Positions 32,060 to 41,412 of a stretch of 64,000 bases of DNA are shown in pieces. Each line of letters begins with the position of its first letter. Position 1 is the stretch's first letter. The stretch comes from an uncultured candidate division Zixibacteria bacterium (GTDB lineage: Bacteria > Zixibacteria > MSB-5A5 > UBA10806 > 4484-95). The stretch spans positions 640,001 to 704,000 of the forward strand of contig CAXXKA010000008.1 of assembly GCA_963668625.2 (NCBI GenBank), given 5' to 3'. The notes under the pieces were generated by a model, which worked only from the letters and a program-made list of their open reading frames with translations, was not told where the DNA came from and ran no database searches. The position numbers were made by a program, and so were the translations under genes.

Positions 32060-33406
32060 ATGGCCGAGACAACCGAGAAAATTCCACCACAGGCGCTGGA
32101 GGCCGAACAGGCGGTATTAGGCGCGATGCTTCTCTCACGGGAGGCAATCGATATAGCTATAGAGATATTATCCGATAGCTTTTTCTACCGCCCGGCCCAT
32201 CGCAAAATATACAAAGTCATTATCGATCTTTACGATAAAAACGAACCCGCCGATCTGATCACCGTTTCCCACGAATTAAATAACCGTGCCCAGCTCGAGG
32301 ATGTCGGCGGACGAGCTTACCTGGCCAGCCTGACCGAGGCTACGCCGGGTATCGCCAATATAGAACATCACGCGAATATCATCATAGAAAAAGCCACACT
32401 AAACAGGTTGATCGAATCGGCCAACACCATCCTGACAAAGGTATTCGATCAAACACAAAACGTTGATGATATCCTGGATTCGGCCGAGCATGAGATATTC
32501 TCTATCAAGGAGGAGAAACTCAAAGGCACGTTCGTACCGCTCGGGGATATCCTTCCCGGCACGTTCAAAGATATCGAGATGTACGCCCAGCACGAGGGGC
32601 ATCTTACCGGCGTGCCCAGTGGTTTCAAGCCCCTGGATGACCTGACCTCGGGATTCCAGAAATCGGATCTTATCATCGTAGCTTGCAGGCCATCTGTGGG
32701 TAAAACCTCACTGAGTATGAATATCGTCGAGCACCTGTCGGTTGATAATAAAATACCGACTATCATATTTTCGCTGGAGATGTCCAAGGAGCAGTTGGCC
32801 CAGAGACTATTGTGCTCACGCGCCCGTATCTCCTCGCATCTGATGCGTACGGGCAAGCTGGCTGATGAGCAATGGACCAATCTTTCGATCGCGGTCGGCC
32901 CTCTGTCGGAGGCGCCTATTTTCATCGATGATACCCCCTCGATGACGGTGCTCGAGATGCGGGCCAAGGCCAGGCGATTGAAAGCGCGTGAAAATATAGG
33001 ACTGATAGTAATAGACTACCTTCAGCTTATACAGGGCCCCAAACGCGCCGAAAGCCGTCAGCAGGAGGTTAGCTATATCTCGCGTTCACTCAAAGGTATG
33101 GCCAGGGAGTTGGGCGTGCCGGTGGTATCGTTGTCGCAGCTATCTCGTCAAGTGGAATTGCGCGGTAAGGATGCCAAACCCCAGCTTTCGGATTTACGTG
33201 AGTCGGGCAGTATCGAGCAGGACGCGGATGTCGTGCTATTCATTCATCGCCCCCGTGATGATGACGGCCAATGGGGTACTGATGCCGAGATAATCCTGGC
33301 CAAGCAACGTAACGGCCCGACCGGGAAGATCGACCTGGTGTTCGTAAAGGATTTCTCGCGCTTCGAGCTACGCGAACTATATCATGGTTTCCCCGGGGAT
33401 GAGTAA
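32060..33406 (+). CDS. dnaB: Replicative DNA helicase (no intein)
   Basis: PPQALEAEQAVLG, RPSVGKT, FSLEM, IDYLQL, LSQLSR, DLRESGSIEQDAD, KQRNGP. Confidence 0.97.
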   Translation: MAETTEKIPPQALEAEQAVLGAMLLSREAIDIAIEILSDSFFYRPAHRKIYKVIIDLYDKNEPADLITVSHELNNRAQLEDVGGRAYLASLTEATPGIANIEHHANIIIEKATLNRLIESANTILTKVFDQTQNVDDILDSAEHEIFSIKEEKLKGTFVPLGDILPGTFKDIEMYAQHEGHLTGVPSGFKPLDDLTSGFQKSDLIIVACRPSVGKTSLSMNIVEHLSVDNKIPTIIFSLEMSKEQLAQRLLCSRARISSHLMRTGKLADEQWTNLSIAVGPLSEAPIFIDDTPSMTVLEMRAKARRLKARENIGLIVIDYLQLIQGPKRAESRQQEVSYISRSLKGMARELGVPVVSLSQLSRQVELRGKDAKPQLSDLRESGSIEQDADVVLFIHRPRDDDGQWGTDAEIILAKQRNGPTGKIDLVFVKDFSRFELRELYHGFPGDE

Positions 33407-33914
33407 CCGCTAAACGGTTATCATCATACGCTGTTACCAATCCCACATAAAATACACGGTAGTCCTCCAAGAGTGATTGACATCCAGCTTTAGTATATTC
33501 TCTTTGGTTTGCTAACAACGGATATCTATTCTATCATGGCGGATGCTATAAATAAGCTTATTTTCAATCTTAAAATAATCTAAAAGTCACTTCCTTAGCG
33601 GTCACATTCGGTATGGTTTCCGCTCATAAAATTTCGTATCGTATCGCCATGTTCCACGAGGTCAAAATTACCTTTTCGGGCAATTCCGATCAAATAAAAG
33701 AGAGTCCAGACCCTATTGTCCGACAATTCATACAGGGGCGTGTGAAAGGTTCTTTAGCTACCATTAAGCCTTAAGTATTTAACGCTTTAGCCGACTAATA
33801 ATAAAAAAGTTGGAAACAATGTAGAAAAAGGTATTTACAATGGCTGAAGTAGAGACTATAATGCCTCCGGAAACCGAAGAAAAAGATTTTGACGAGCCGT
33901 CAGGGCGGAGGGAC

Positions 33915-34943
33915 ATGTCCTGGTTTAATTTTCTTTCCAATGACATCGGAATAGATTTAGGTACAGCAAATACATTGGTATACGTTCGCGGATCCGGAAT
34001 CGTTTTGAACGAGCCTTCCGTCGTAGCTATCGAAAAAGACTCAGGCAAAATTTTAGCTGTTGGAATCGCGGCCAAGGAGATGATCGGTCGTACACCGGGC
34101 AGTATAGATGCTATCAGGCCGTTGAAAGACGGCGTAATTGCCGATTTCGATATTACCGAACGTATGCTTTCGGATTTCATCAAGCGAGTCGTAAAACATC
34201 GCTACCTGATGAAACCGAAAATCGTGATCTCCGTACCTTCGGGAATTACCGAGGTGGAGAAACGTGCCGTACGTGATTCAGCCGAAAATGCCGGCGCTCG
34301 AGAGGTTTATCTCATACAGGAGCCGATGGCGGCCGCTATCGGTGTCGGCCTACCGGTCGATCAGCCATCCGGTTCGATGATTATCGATATCGGCGGCGGA
34401 ACCTCGGAGATCGCTGTAATCGCGCTTCACGATATCGTATCCAACACCTCCGTGCGTATTGCCGGTGATGAGTTGGATGACGTTATCGGGCAATATTTCA
34501 AGAAAAACTACAACCTTCTGATAGGCGAACGTACCGCCGAGCAAATCAAACTCAAAATTGGTTCCGCATATCCTATGGATAAAGAGGAATCGATGGAGAT
34601 TAAGGGTCGTGACCTGGTTGCCGGCGTGCCTAAAACTATGAAAATTACCTCCTCGCAAGTACGAGAGGCGATTTCCGAACCCGTGGATGCCATTATCGAT
34701 GCTGTCAGGCTGGCGCTGGAACAAACACCGCCGGAGCTGGCCTCGGATATCCTCGATCGGGGGATTATCTTAACAGGTGGCGGCGCTATGATTCGCGGCC
34801 TGGATAAAAGGCTCAGGCAGGAAACCAATCTGCCGGTTATAGTCGCTGATGATCCATTGACTTGCGTGGCACGCGGTACGGGCATAGTTCTGGAAAACAT
34901 GACGAAATATCAGAAAGTTCTCTTGAAATCTCGTCGCGATTAG
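33915..34943 (+). CDS. mreB: Rod-shape determining protein MreB
   Basis: IGIDLGTANT, NEPSVVA, EPMAAAIG, IDIGGGT, LTGGGA; GGAGG RBS before ATG 33915 (alternative start 33840). Confidence 0.95.
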   Translation: MSWFNFLSNDIGIDLGTANTLVYVRGSGIVLNEPSVVAIEKDSGKILAVGIAAKEMIGRTPGSIDAIRPLKDGVIADFDITERMLSDFIKRVVKHRYLMKPKIVISVPSGITEVEKRAVRDSAENAGAREVYLIQEPMAAAIGVGLPVDQPSGSMIIDIGGGTSEIAVIALHDIVSNTSVRIAGDELDDVIGQYFKKNYNLLIGERTAEQIKLKIGSAYPMDKEESMEIKGRDLVAGVPKTMKITSSQVREAISEPVDAIIDAVRLALEQTPPELASDILDRGIILTGGGAMIRGLDKRLRQETNLPVIVADDPLTCVARGTGIVLENMTKYQKVLLKSRRD

Positions 34944-35059
34944 AAAGCAATCCCGGCAATAATAGAATAGTTATTGATTTGGGTGAAGTGTTAAGTAATA
35001 ATTAAGTTTTTAACTTGACACCGGGCTTTAAATCTATATTTTCGTAGAGTGATTTTTCT

Positions 35060-35131
35060 GGGGGTGTAGCTCAGTGGTAGAGCATCTGCCTTTTAAGCAG
35101 GTGGTCGAAGGTTCAATCCCTTCCACCCTCA
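35060..35131 (+). tRNA. tRNA-Lys (TTT), CCA not encoded
   Basis: GGGGGTG/CACCCTC acceptor stem, GCTC/GAGC D-arm, TCTGC-CTTTTAA-GCAGG anticodon arm, GAAGG-TTCAATC-CCTTC T-arm. Confidence 0.95.
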
Positions 35132-35600
35132 CTTGATTTCCAACGAGTTACATGGATTTTAAAACACATCGAAAATCTACTATGTATTATTATGTCACAA
35201 GACTATTGTAATTAGCTATAACAATCCCAACTAGCTTAGTGCCCCGAATTTAAATGATACCAGAAAACACCACAGATCAACCGCGGTTGTTACTGTATTG
35301 TTGACGCAATAGAAATTCAGGCTATAGATATTTCTAAAGTTACGACTTCCGGATTATATGCTTACTTAAGCGTCCGAGTACAAAAAAACCACCAGACACT
35401 AATCTGTAATAATAGCAATATGTTATAGGATATAGCGTGTCTGGTGTTTTGGCTGGTTATGTTAGAAAAATGTTAGAAATCGAGGTTCATTACGGTTAAC
35501 TAAAATAAATCATATTGCTAAAAATATCATTTTCAAATGCAAGTAATTGAGAGCTAAATTCGCTTTTAAATAGTATTTTATCCATAATACTTAAACTATA

Positions 35601-35628
35601 TTGACAAATAGGTGTAATATATTATTAT
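35601..35628 (+). promoter_or_regulatory. Putative sigma70 promoter
   Basis: TTGACA-N16-TATTAT upstream of the GGAG RBS and ATG 35674. Confidence 0.5.
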
Positions 35629-35673
35629 AATGTTAATTATAAACAGATTGGGAATTTTACCAGTGGAGTATGT

Positions 35674-37197
35674 ATGAAAACAATTATAACAGCCATCTTC
35701 ATACTAAGTTTGGCATGTTTTTGTTATGCCGATGAGGAACTTGCATTAGTTGATATTATAAGTTTTACAGATTTGGATACCGATGCAGAAATCACCTCGA
35801 TTAATAATGTAGGTGATTTCAATGCTGATGGCTACGATGATTTATTGATCGGTATTTACCAGGGGCCTACAGCTACCGATTTTCGTGAAGCAGCCTTTCT
35901 GTATTATGGCGGGCCTATTTTTGACACTGAACCTGACTTGATTTTCAAAGGCGAACCAAATGCTGAATTTTGCTACCCCGATGTTACTGCAGGCTTTGGC
36001 CGAAGAGCCTGTGGTTTAGGCGATTTCAATGCTGATGGTTATGATGATATAGTAATATCAGCTTCCGGGTTGTGTATTGACGATTTATATCAAGGGCGAT
36101 TATACTTTTACTTCGGATCACCTGAACCAGATACTACTATTGATTTAATAATCGATGGTGAAAGGTATAGAGATTTTCTTGGACGTTATTTAATCGCGGG
36201 TGATTTCAACGGAGATAACATTGGTGACTTATATACCTGCACTGATAACAGTTACTATGGCCCACAGGTGTTCATCTATTTGGGCAGCGATTCTCCTAAT
36301 AATACTCGTGATTTTATCTATGATTATTCCTATCAAGAAGTATACCTTGAAGGAATTGGGGGTGGATTTGATATAAACGGTGATAGTTGTGATGAATTTA
36401 ATTGGAATATTTATTTAAATGATTTGTATTCAGTATATTTAAATTTAGGATCAGATGAACTCAACTTAGAACCTGATTATCGATTCGATAATGTTTTATT
36501 TATAGGGGACATATCTTGCGATGGTATTGATGATTTCATAATGCACAATTCAGAAAATGAATATTTTCTTTATTTAGGGGGAGATCCGGTCGATATATTG
36601 CCCGATTTTTATATGTGGACAGAGAATTATTTTCAATGTAATCCCTTTGTTTGTGAATTGGCAACTGGGGATTATAGATTAATTACCGAGGATTTTATGA
36701 ACACCCAAATATCATGCTATAATATAGGTGTACCATTTAATACAGAGCCATGTGCTAATTATAATTACCACCAATCCCGGTGTATAAGCTACCCTTTAAG
36801 TATTGGGGATATTAACGCAGATGGATTAAATGAATTCTCCATAAATTATGTAACAGATTCTCTTCAAGATATGATTTATTTATATTCAATGTCAACAGTA
36901 AGTATTGGCGATTATTATAGCCATATTCCTATGGATAAAGAATTGATTTCCTGCTATCCCAATCCATTTAATTCATCAACAATTATAAGTTACTCATCAT
37001 CGGAGGGAGGTGATATAGGAATATATGATATTACAGGTAGATTGGTCAAAAGCTACCTGATGGGGGATTTGAAGGAGGGGAATATAATCTGGGATGGTAC
37101 CAATTATCAAGGTGATAAGGTGTCATCCGGTATATACTTTGTTAAATTACAAAGCCTTCAAAGTTCAGTTTCCACTAAACTAATATTTATGAAATAG
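35674..37197 (+). CDS. Secreted FG-GAP (integrin-alpha-like) repeat protein with YPNPFN/FlgD-Ig C-terminal domain
   Basis: Signal peptide; GDFNADGYDD twice, GDFNGD, DINGD, GDINADG; CYPNPFNSST...WDG...SSGIYF. Confidence 0.85.
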   Translation: MKTIITAIFILSLACFCYADEELALVDIISFTDLDTDAEITSINNVGDFNADGYDDLLIGIYQGPTATDFREAAFLYYGGPIFDTEPDLIFKGEPNAEFCYPDVTAGFGRRACGLGDFNADGYDDIVISASGLCIDDLYQGRLYFYFGSPEPDTTIDLIIDGERYRDFLGRYLIAGDFNGDNIGDLYTCTDNSYYGPQVFIYLGSDSPNNTRDFIYDYSYQEVYLEGIGGGFDINGDSCDEFNWNIYLNDLYSVYLNLGSDELNLEPDYRFDNVLFIGDISCDGIDDFIMHNSENEYFLYLGGDPVDILPDFYMWTENYFQCNPFVCELATGDYRLITEDFMNTQISCYNIGVPFNTEPCANYNYHQSRCISYPLSIGDINADGLNEFSINYVTDSLQDMIYLYSMSTVSIGDYYSHIPMDKELISCYPNPFNSSTIISYSSSEGGDIGIYDITGRLVKSYLMGDLKEGNIIWDGTNYQGDKVSSGIYFVKLQSLQSSVSTKLIFMK

Positions 37198-37236
37198 TTG
37201 ATTAGGTTCAGCTATTATTTTTCAGGGGGGAAGTTA

Positions 37237-37359
37237 GTGTTACACAAGTTTACATTTGTGTCCTTCATGGTTGTGCTTATTACAAATATGGTATTTGGTA
37301 TAAGCCATACTGTTAATTTTAACGAAACAGGTAACCCACCAGTATGGTGGGCAAGCTAA
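37237..37359 (+). pseudogene. 40-codon ORF with signal-peptide-like start, apparently truncated by the direct repeat
   Basis: AGGGGGG RBS + GTG; MLHKFTFVSFMVVLITNMVFGISHTVNFNE then reads into the repeat at 37325 and stops. Confidence 0.45.
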
Positions 37360-37449
37360 AGCCTCACAGCCATATATAATTGAGCACTAAACTAAATACA
37401 GGCTAATCTTTAATTATTGAAAGACAACTAGCTGAGCAGGGATTCGAAC
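37325..37449 (+). repeat. Direct repeat copy 1 (pairs with 41238-41362)
   Basis: 103 bp with 2 mismatches plus a diverged tail of about 22 bp; contains the CCCACCA-gta-TGGTGGG hairpin. Confidence 0.9.
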
Positions 37450-38162
37450 AGGTGGTGAGGACATGTTTCATCAAAGCGGCATATAGAAATACTGAATATA
37501 GCCGTAATTGTCACCTGGCTCAGAATTGGAATCTAAAGATAATTATAGGGTTAGGATAATTGGCAAGCTAAAGCGTGTTTGTTAATAAAACTGTTTCAAA
37601 TTAGTGAATAATAAGAAATTCAGCCTATTATTTCATGCTTCTAATGAAAAAGCTGGCAAAAGTCGGGGGTTTATAGCGGGGGTTGGTATTATTGATAGTG
37701 CGAAGATGTTATTCAAGTCAATGGCAATTTACTATCGTGATTCAGTTAGTTACTAGTAACTAATCAAGAATTAGGCTGTTATGCTGGTTGTAGGATTAAA
37801 ATGATTGTTGAGCAGCTTAGTCGCATACTCTTAAATTGTTATCTATTGGCAGGAAACTTATAATCGGTCCTTACTCAAAAAGGACTGATATAAATTATAT
37901 CAGCAAGATCGGGATTTAAAGCCAGTAATATTGAATCAACTACTTATCCCAAGTTGAATTCAAGTAATGAATATTATTTATCTTTTCTGAGTTATTTTAG
38001 TAAATTTATTCTTTAAAGTATATTCTGTTGATCAATAAAGACTTAAATTTGATTAAACTCATGCTTCCACTACTAGAATACACTGACCAGGTACCTCGGC
38101 AGTTCCCCTTTTATTGATAAAAGCGGTTACTAATGTATTACCGTTGCGATTTAATTTAACAA

Positions 38163-38343
38163 TAATTCTATAATAAATAACTTGGCCTGAAAGTCAATAC
38201 TGATTATATAAAACAAGGATTTTTAGCTTAAGTATTAGATGTTCGTTTTGGCTTAAAATCTTGGATTAGTTTAAAGTTTAGAAATTTGTCATATAATTTT
38301 AAGATTATCTAGTGGAATTTAATCTTGGAGGTGTAAGTGAGTA
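38163..38343 (+). repeat. 181-bp leader duplicated at 39845-40025
   Basis: taattctataataaataacttggcc...ggaggtgtaagtgagta; only 2 differences seen. Confidence 0.92.
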
Positions 38344-39560
38344 CGGGAATAATAAAATTTAACCGGCTACTTATTAGCATAATAGTGATATTGCTAGTGC
38401 CTACCTGTTATGCTCAGGTTATTTCGATCGAGGAATACCTGAATTCGGCAATGGCTGATAAGCAGTCTGGGTTAAAATACTCAAAGGACTTTGATGGTAA
38501 TTATTATTCAACATTTGTTACAAGAGAATATGTTGCTATTCGAGAGCAAAGTCTTTACCCCAAAAATGTGGATAAAGGCCAAATGGAAAACATTTACAAA
38601 CCACATAAAATAAGCTTCCTATCAGGGGAGAATAAACTCGCCGAATTAGATTTAAATGGTGAAAACTACATGGTTAAAGGAGTTATTAAATCAGAAGATG
38701 AGGATTTATTCATATATACTTCCAGGGTAGATGGAAAATACTGTTCTAGTATTCGTAAACTTGACGGCAGTTTGATTAGCATCCTAAATTGCCCGCCCTT
38801 TGTTACATGTTCTCCGGGGGGTGTATATTATTATAACTCTCGTGCCAATGACGGATTGAGTATTTACGACGAGTATGGTAATTTTATTTTTGCTATCCCA
38901 TGTATTGGGAGTTATTCTGCTAAAGCAGTATCAGATTCTCTAATTTTAGTTTTGGATGCAAACAGTTTATCGATGTGGGATATTTCCTATAAGAGTGTCA
39001 TTTGGAAAACTGAAATTCCATCACCATCATTTAAGCTTTCAGGCAATTCCATTATCAAATTCTCATTACTTCACAATATTATTGCAGTAAATGGATTGTA
39101 TGGATGTTACTGTTTTGATTTTAACGGTAATTTCTTGTGGCAAAAAGAATATGATTCCAATCAGGAACGACTGCAAATGTTAGGTATTTCTTCATTTAGC
39201 GGTGAATTAGTCACCATCAGGCAAGATTACAATCTAAAAAACTCAATTATTGAGTTTTTTACTGTGGATGGGAAATTAAGAACAAATAAAAAAATGAATT
39301 GGATTAATTCGCAAAATGCGTTTCGGGAATGGGATAAAGACCTTTTAATATTTGAGGATATCATTATGGTTCCTTGCATTTCAGGGAATTATAATACTCG
39401 AGACTATTACACAAGTATAATAACCTTTGAAAATGATGAACCCCAAATTACCAATATTGCGGGCTTCTGGTATTTTCTTGAATCTAAAACAGGAGAAACT
39501 CATATAGTTGGCTTTTCCCCAGATGATAATAAGATAAAATCATTTAAAATCGTACTATAG
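38337..39560 (+). CDS. Secreted hypothetical protein, probable beta-propeller (paralog A)
   Basis: GGAGG RBS + GTG, signal peptide CYA|QVISIEE, beta-rich sequence with CSPGG.YYY and DFNGNFLW. Confidence 0.75.
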   Translation: MSTGIIKFNRLLISIIVILLVPTCYAQVISIEEYLNSAMADKQSGLKYSKDFDGNYYSTFVTREYVAIREQSLYPKNVDKGQMENIYKPHKISFLSGENKLAELDLNGENYMVKGVIKSEDEDLFIYTSRVDGKYCSSIRKLDGSLISILNCPPFVTCSPGGVYYYNSRANDGLSIYDEYGNFIFAIPCIGSYSAKAVSDSLILVLDANSLSMWDISYKSVIWKTEIPSPSFKLSGNSIIKFSLLHNIIAVNGLYGCYCFDFNGNFLWQKEYDSNQERLQMLGISSFSGELVTIRQDYNLKNSIIEFFTVDGKLRTNKKMNWINSQNAFREWDKDLLIFEDIIMVPCISGNYNTRDYYTSIITFENDEPQITNIAGFWYFLESKTGETHIVGFSPDDNKIKSFKIVL

Positions 39561-39611
39561 AAAGAGTAATAAGTTATGAAACATAATAATGCATTGACAC
39601 TGATCTTTCAT

Positions 39612-39709
39612 CTCGTTGCGAAGCGCTGCTTCGCAACGTGGCTTGTTTGCCGGCAGAATGCGCATTCTACATGATTCAAGAAGGTTTCCAAGCAGCGCTT
39701 GGAAACCAG
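39612..39709. repeat. REPIN-like triple-hairpin element, copy A
   Basis: CGTTGCGAAGC-gct-GCTTCGCAACG ... AGAATGCGCATTCT ... GGTTTCCAAGC-agc-GCTTGGAAACC; similarity to copy B extends to about 39780. Confidence 0.85.
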
Positions 39710-39831
39710 AAAACCAAGCCTAACATCGGCAGGATATGTCAGGATGAATGATACGCTGAATAAAATAATTATATCGGAAAATATTTCTCATTAACAATTC
39801 CAAGGAGAAATTTAAAATTTAACGAAAAACA

Positions 39832-39844
39832 CCGGACACTAGTG
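39832..39844. mobile_element. Solo IS4-type terminal inverted repeat
   Basis: CCGGACACTAGTG is identical to the IS4 right end at 52831-52843. Confidence 0.7.
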
Positions 39845-40025
39845 TAATTCTATAATAAATAACTTGGCCTGAAAGTCAATACTGATTATATAAAACAAGG
39901 ATTTTTAGCTTAAGTATTAGATGTTCGTTTTGGCTTAAAATCTTGGATTAGTTTAAAGTTTAGAAATTTGTCATATAATTTTAAGATTATCTAGTGGAAT
40001 TTAATACTGGAGGTGTAAGTGAGTA
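39845..40025 (+). repeat. 181-bp leader, copy 2
   Basis: Near-identical to 38163-38343, with the same 1682-bp offset as the two ORF starts. Confidence 0.92.
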
Positions 40026-41239
40026 TGAAAAGAAGAATTCGATGTTGGGTACTGATTTGTTTTACATTGATATTGCTAGTACCAGCATGCTATGCCCAAG
40101 TTATATCAATTGAGGAATTTATTCAGTCAGCTATGGCTGATAAGCAGTTAGAGTTAAATTATGCGATCAATACAGAAGGGGTTTTTTACGCTGCTATTTC
40201 AACTGATAACTACATTATCTTTGAAGAAGCCAAATTATACTCTCGAACATCTCAGGCTCATGGTGATGTAAGGATCAGCAAACCCCATAAGATTCATATT
40301 TTATCAACAGAAAACAGTATGACTGAATTTAATCTAAATGGAGAAAACTATATCGTTCAAGGATTATTTACAGCAGATGACGAAGACTACTTTATTTACT
40401 CTGCTAAAATGAATGATAATTTTGGGGCGCAATTATATTCAATTGATGGTATTTTTATTCGTACATTAAATTGCCCTGCAAATGTAAAGTGTTCTCCAGG
40501 TGGTAAGTATTATTATGAAGAACGCGGACAGATGGGATTTGGTATATATGATGAGCTTGGTAACTTTAAATTCAATATAAACTGTTTGGGGGAGTTTTTC
40601 TCTAAGGCAGTATCTGACTCATATCTCCTTGTTTTAGATGCTAAATCCCTAGCATTGTGGGATATTAATTCAAAGCGTATAGTATGGAAATCTGATATCC
40701 CAAACACTTCATATAAAATCTCAGGATTATCGATTATTTCTTTCTCTGAACAACATGATTTAATATTATTCAATGCTTATGACGGTTGTTATTGCTTTAA
40801 TTTCCATGGTGATTTTTTGTGGTTTAAGGATATTGATAGAAACTATAGCCGGTTTCAAACGTTTGGAATATCTGAGTCAAATGGTGAGATTATGGTTCTT
40901 ATAGCAAACAGCGCTATAATGGACTTGGAACTTAACATCTTTGACAAGAATGGCAATCTGAACAAACAAATCCCCTTACAAGTTCAAAATTCTCAAGAAC
41001 TACTAGGAGCTTGGGATTCTGAATTAATGGTTTATGATGATTATATTGTTATACCCTATATTACCGGTCACCAAAATGATCGGAAGTGTTATTCAAGTAT
41101 TCTGGCATTGAGTGATAATCAACTATCAATATATAATATTTATGGTTTTTGGTATTTACTAAAGATCAATCAAAATCAATTGTGTTTTATCGGCTATGAA
41201 TCTAATCAAGAATCCATAAAATCTTATGGCATTCGATAA
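40019..41239 (+). CDS. Secreted hypothetical protein, probable beta-propeller (paralog B)
   Basis: Colinear with 38337-39560 (QVISIEE, SAMADKQ, KPHKI, LNGENY, LNCP..V.CSPGG, KAVSD, GCYCF, GFWY) but heavily diverged. Confidence 0.75.
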   Translation: MSMKRRIRCWVLICFTLILLVPACYAQVISIEEFIQSAMADKQLELNYAINTEGVFYAAISTDNYIIFEEAKLYSRTSQAHGDVRISKPHKIHILSTENSMTEFNLNGENYIVQGLFTADDEDYFIYSAKMNDNFGAQLYSIDGIFIRTLNCPANVKCSPGGKYYYEERGQMGFGIYDELGNFKFNINCLGEFFSKAVSDSYLLVLDAKSLALWDINSKRIVWKSDIPNTSYKISGLSIISFSEQHDLILFNAYDGCYCFNFHGDFLWFKDIDRNYSRFQTFGISESNGEIMVLIANSAIMDLELNIFDKNGNLNKQIPLQVQNSQELLGAWDSELMVYDDYIVIPYITGHQNDRKCYSSILALSDNQLSIYNIYGFWYLLKINQNQLCFIGYESNQESIKSYGIR

Positions 41240-41362
41240 ACAGGTAACCCACCAGTATGGTAGGCAAGCTAAAGCCTCACAGCCATATATAATTGAGCAC
41301 TAAACTAAATACAGGCTAATCCTTAATTATTGAAAGACAAGTAGCGGAGCAGGGACTTAAAC
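41238..41362 (+). repeat. Direct repeat copy 2, ending in a reverse-strand tRNA 3'-end-like fragment
   Basis: Matches 37325-37449; reverse complement of 41341-41369 is GTC-CGGGG-TTTAAGT-CCCTG-CTCCGCT-AC. Confidence 0.85.
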
Positions 41363-41365
41363 CCC

Positions 41366-41412
41366 GGACTTCGTCCGCCCAGCGACTCATGCAAATGGCT
41401 TTTTGAACAACC
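41366..41412. repeat. MITE right-end fragment shared with 53765-53811
   Basis: ggacttcgtccgcccagcgactcatgcaaatggctttt..aacaacc is present at both loci. Confidence 0.8.

Noticed and set aside
33609-33624. GG-N10-GC upstream of mreB as a sigma54 promoter
   Set aside because: CGGTATGGTTTCCGC has the spacing but matches TGGCAC/TTGC poorly
37325-41362. Integron cassette array
   Set aside because: No integron integrase and no convincing RYYYAAC...GTTRRRY attC structure in the repeats
41341-41369. Second tRNA gene on the minus strand
   Set aside because: Only T-arm and acceptor-like sequence with an altered T-loop; the anticodon and D arms are replaced by MITE sequence
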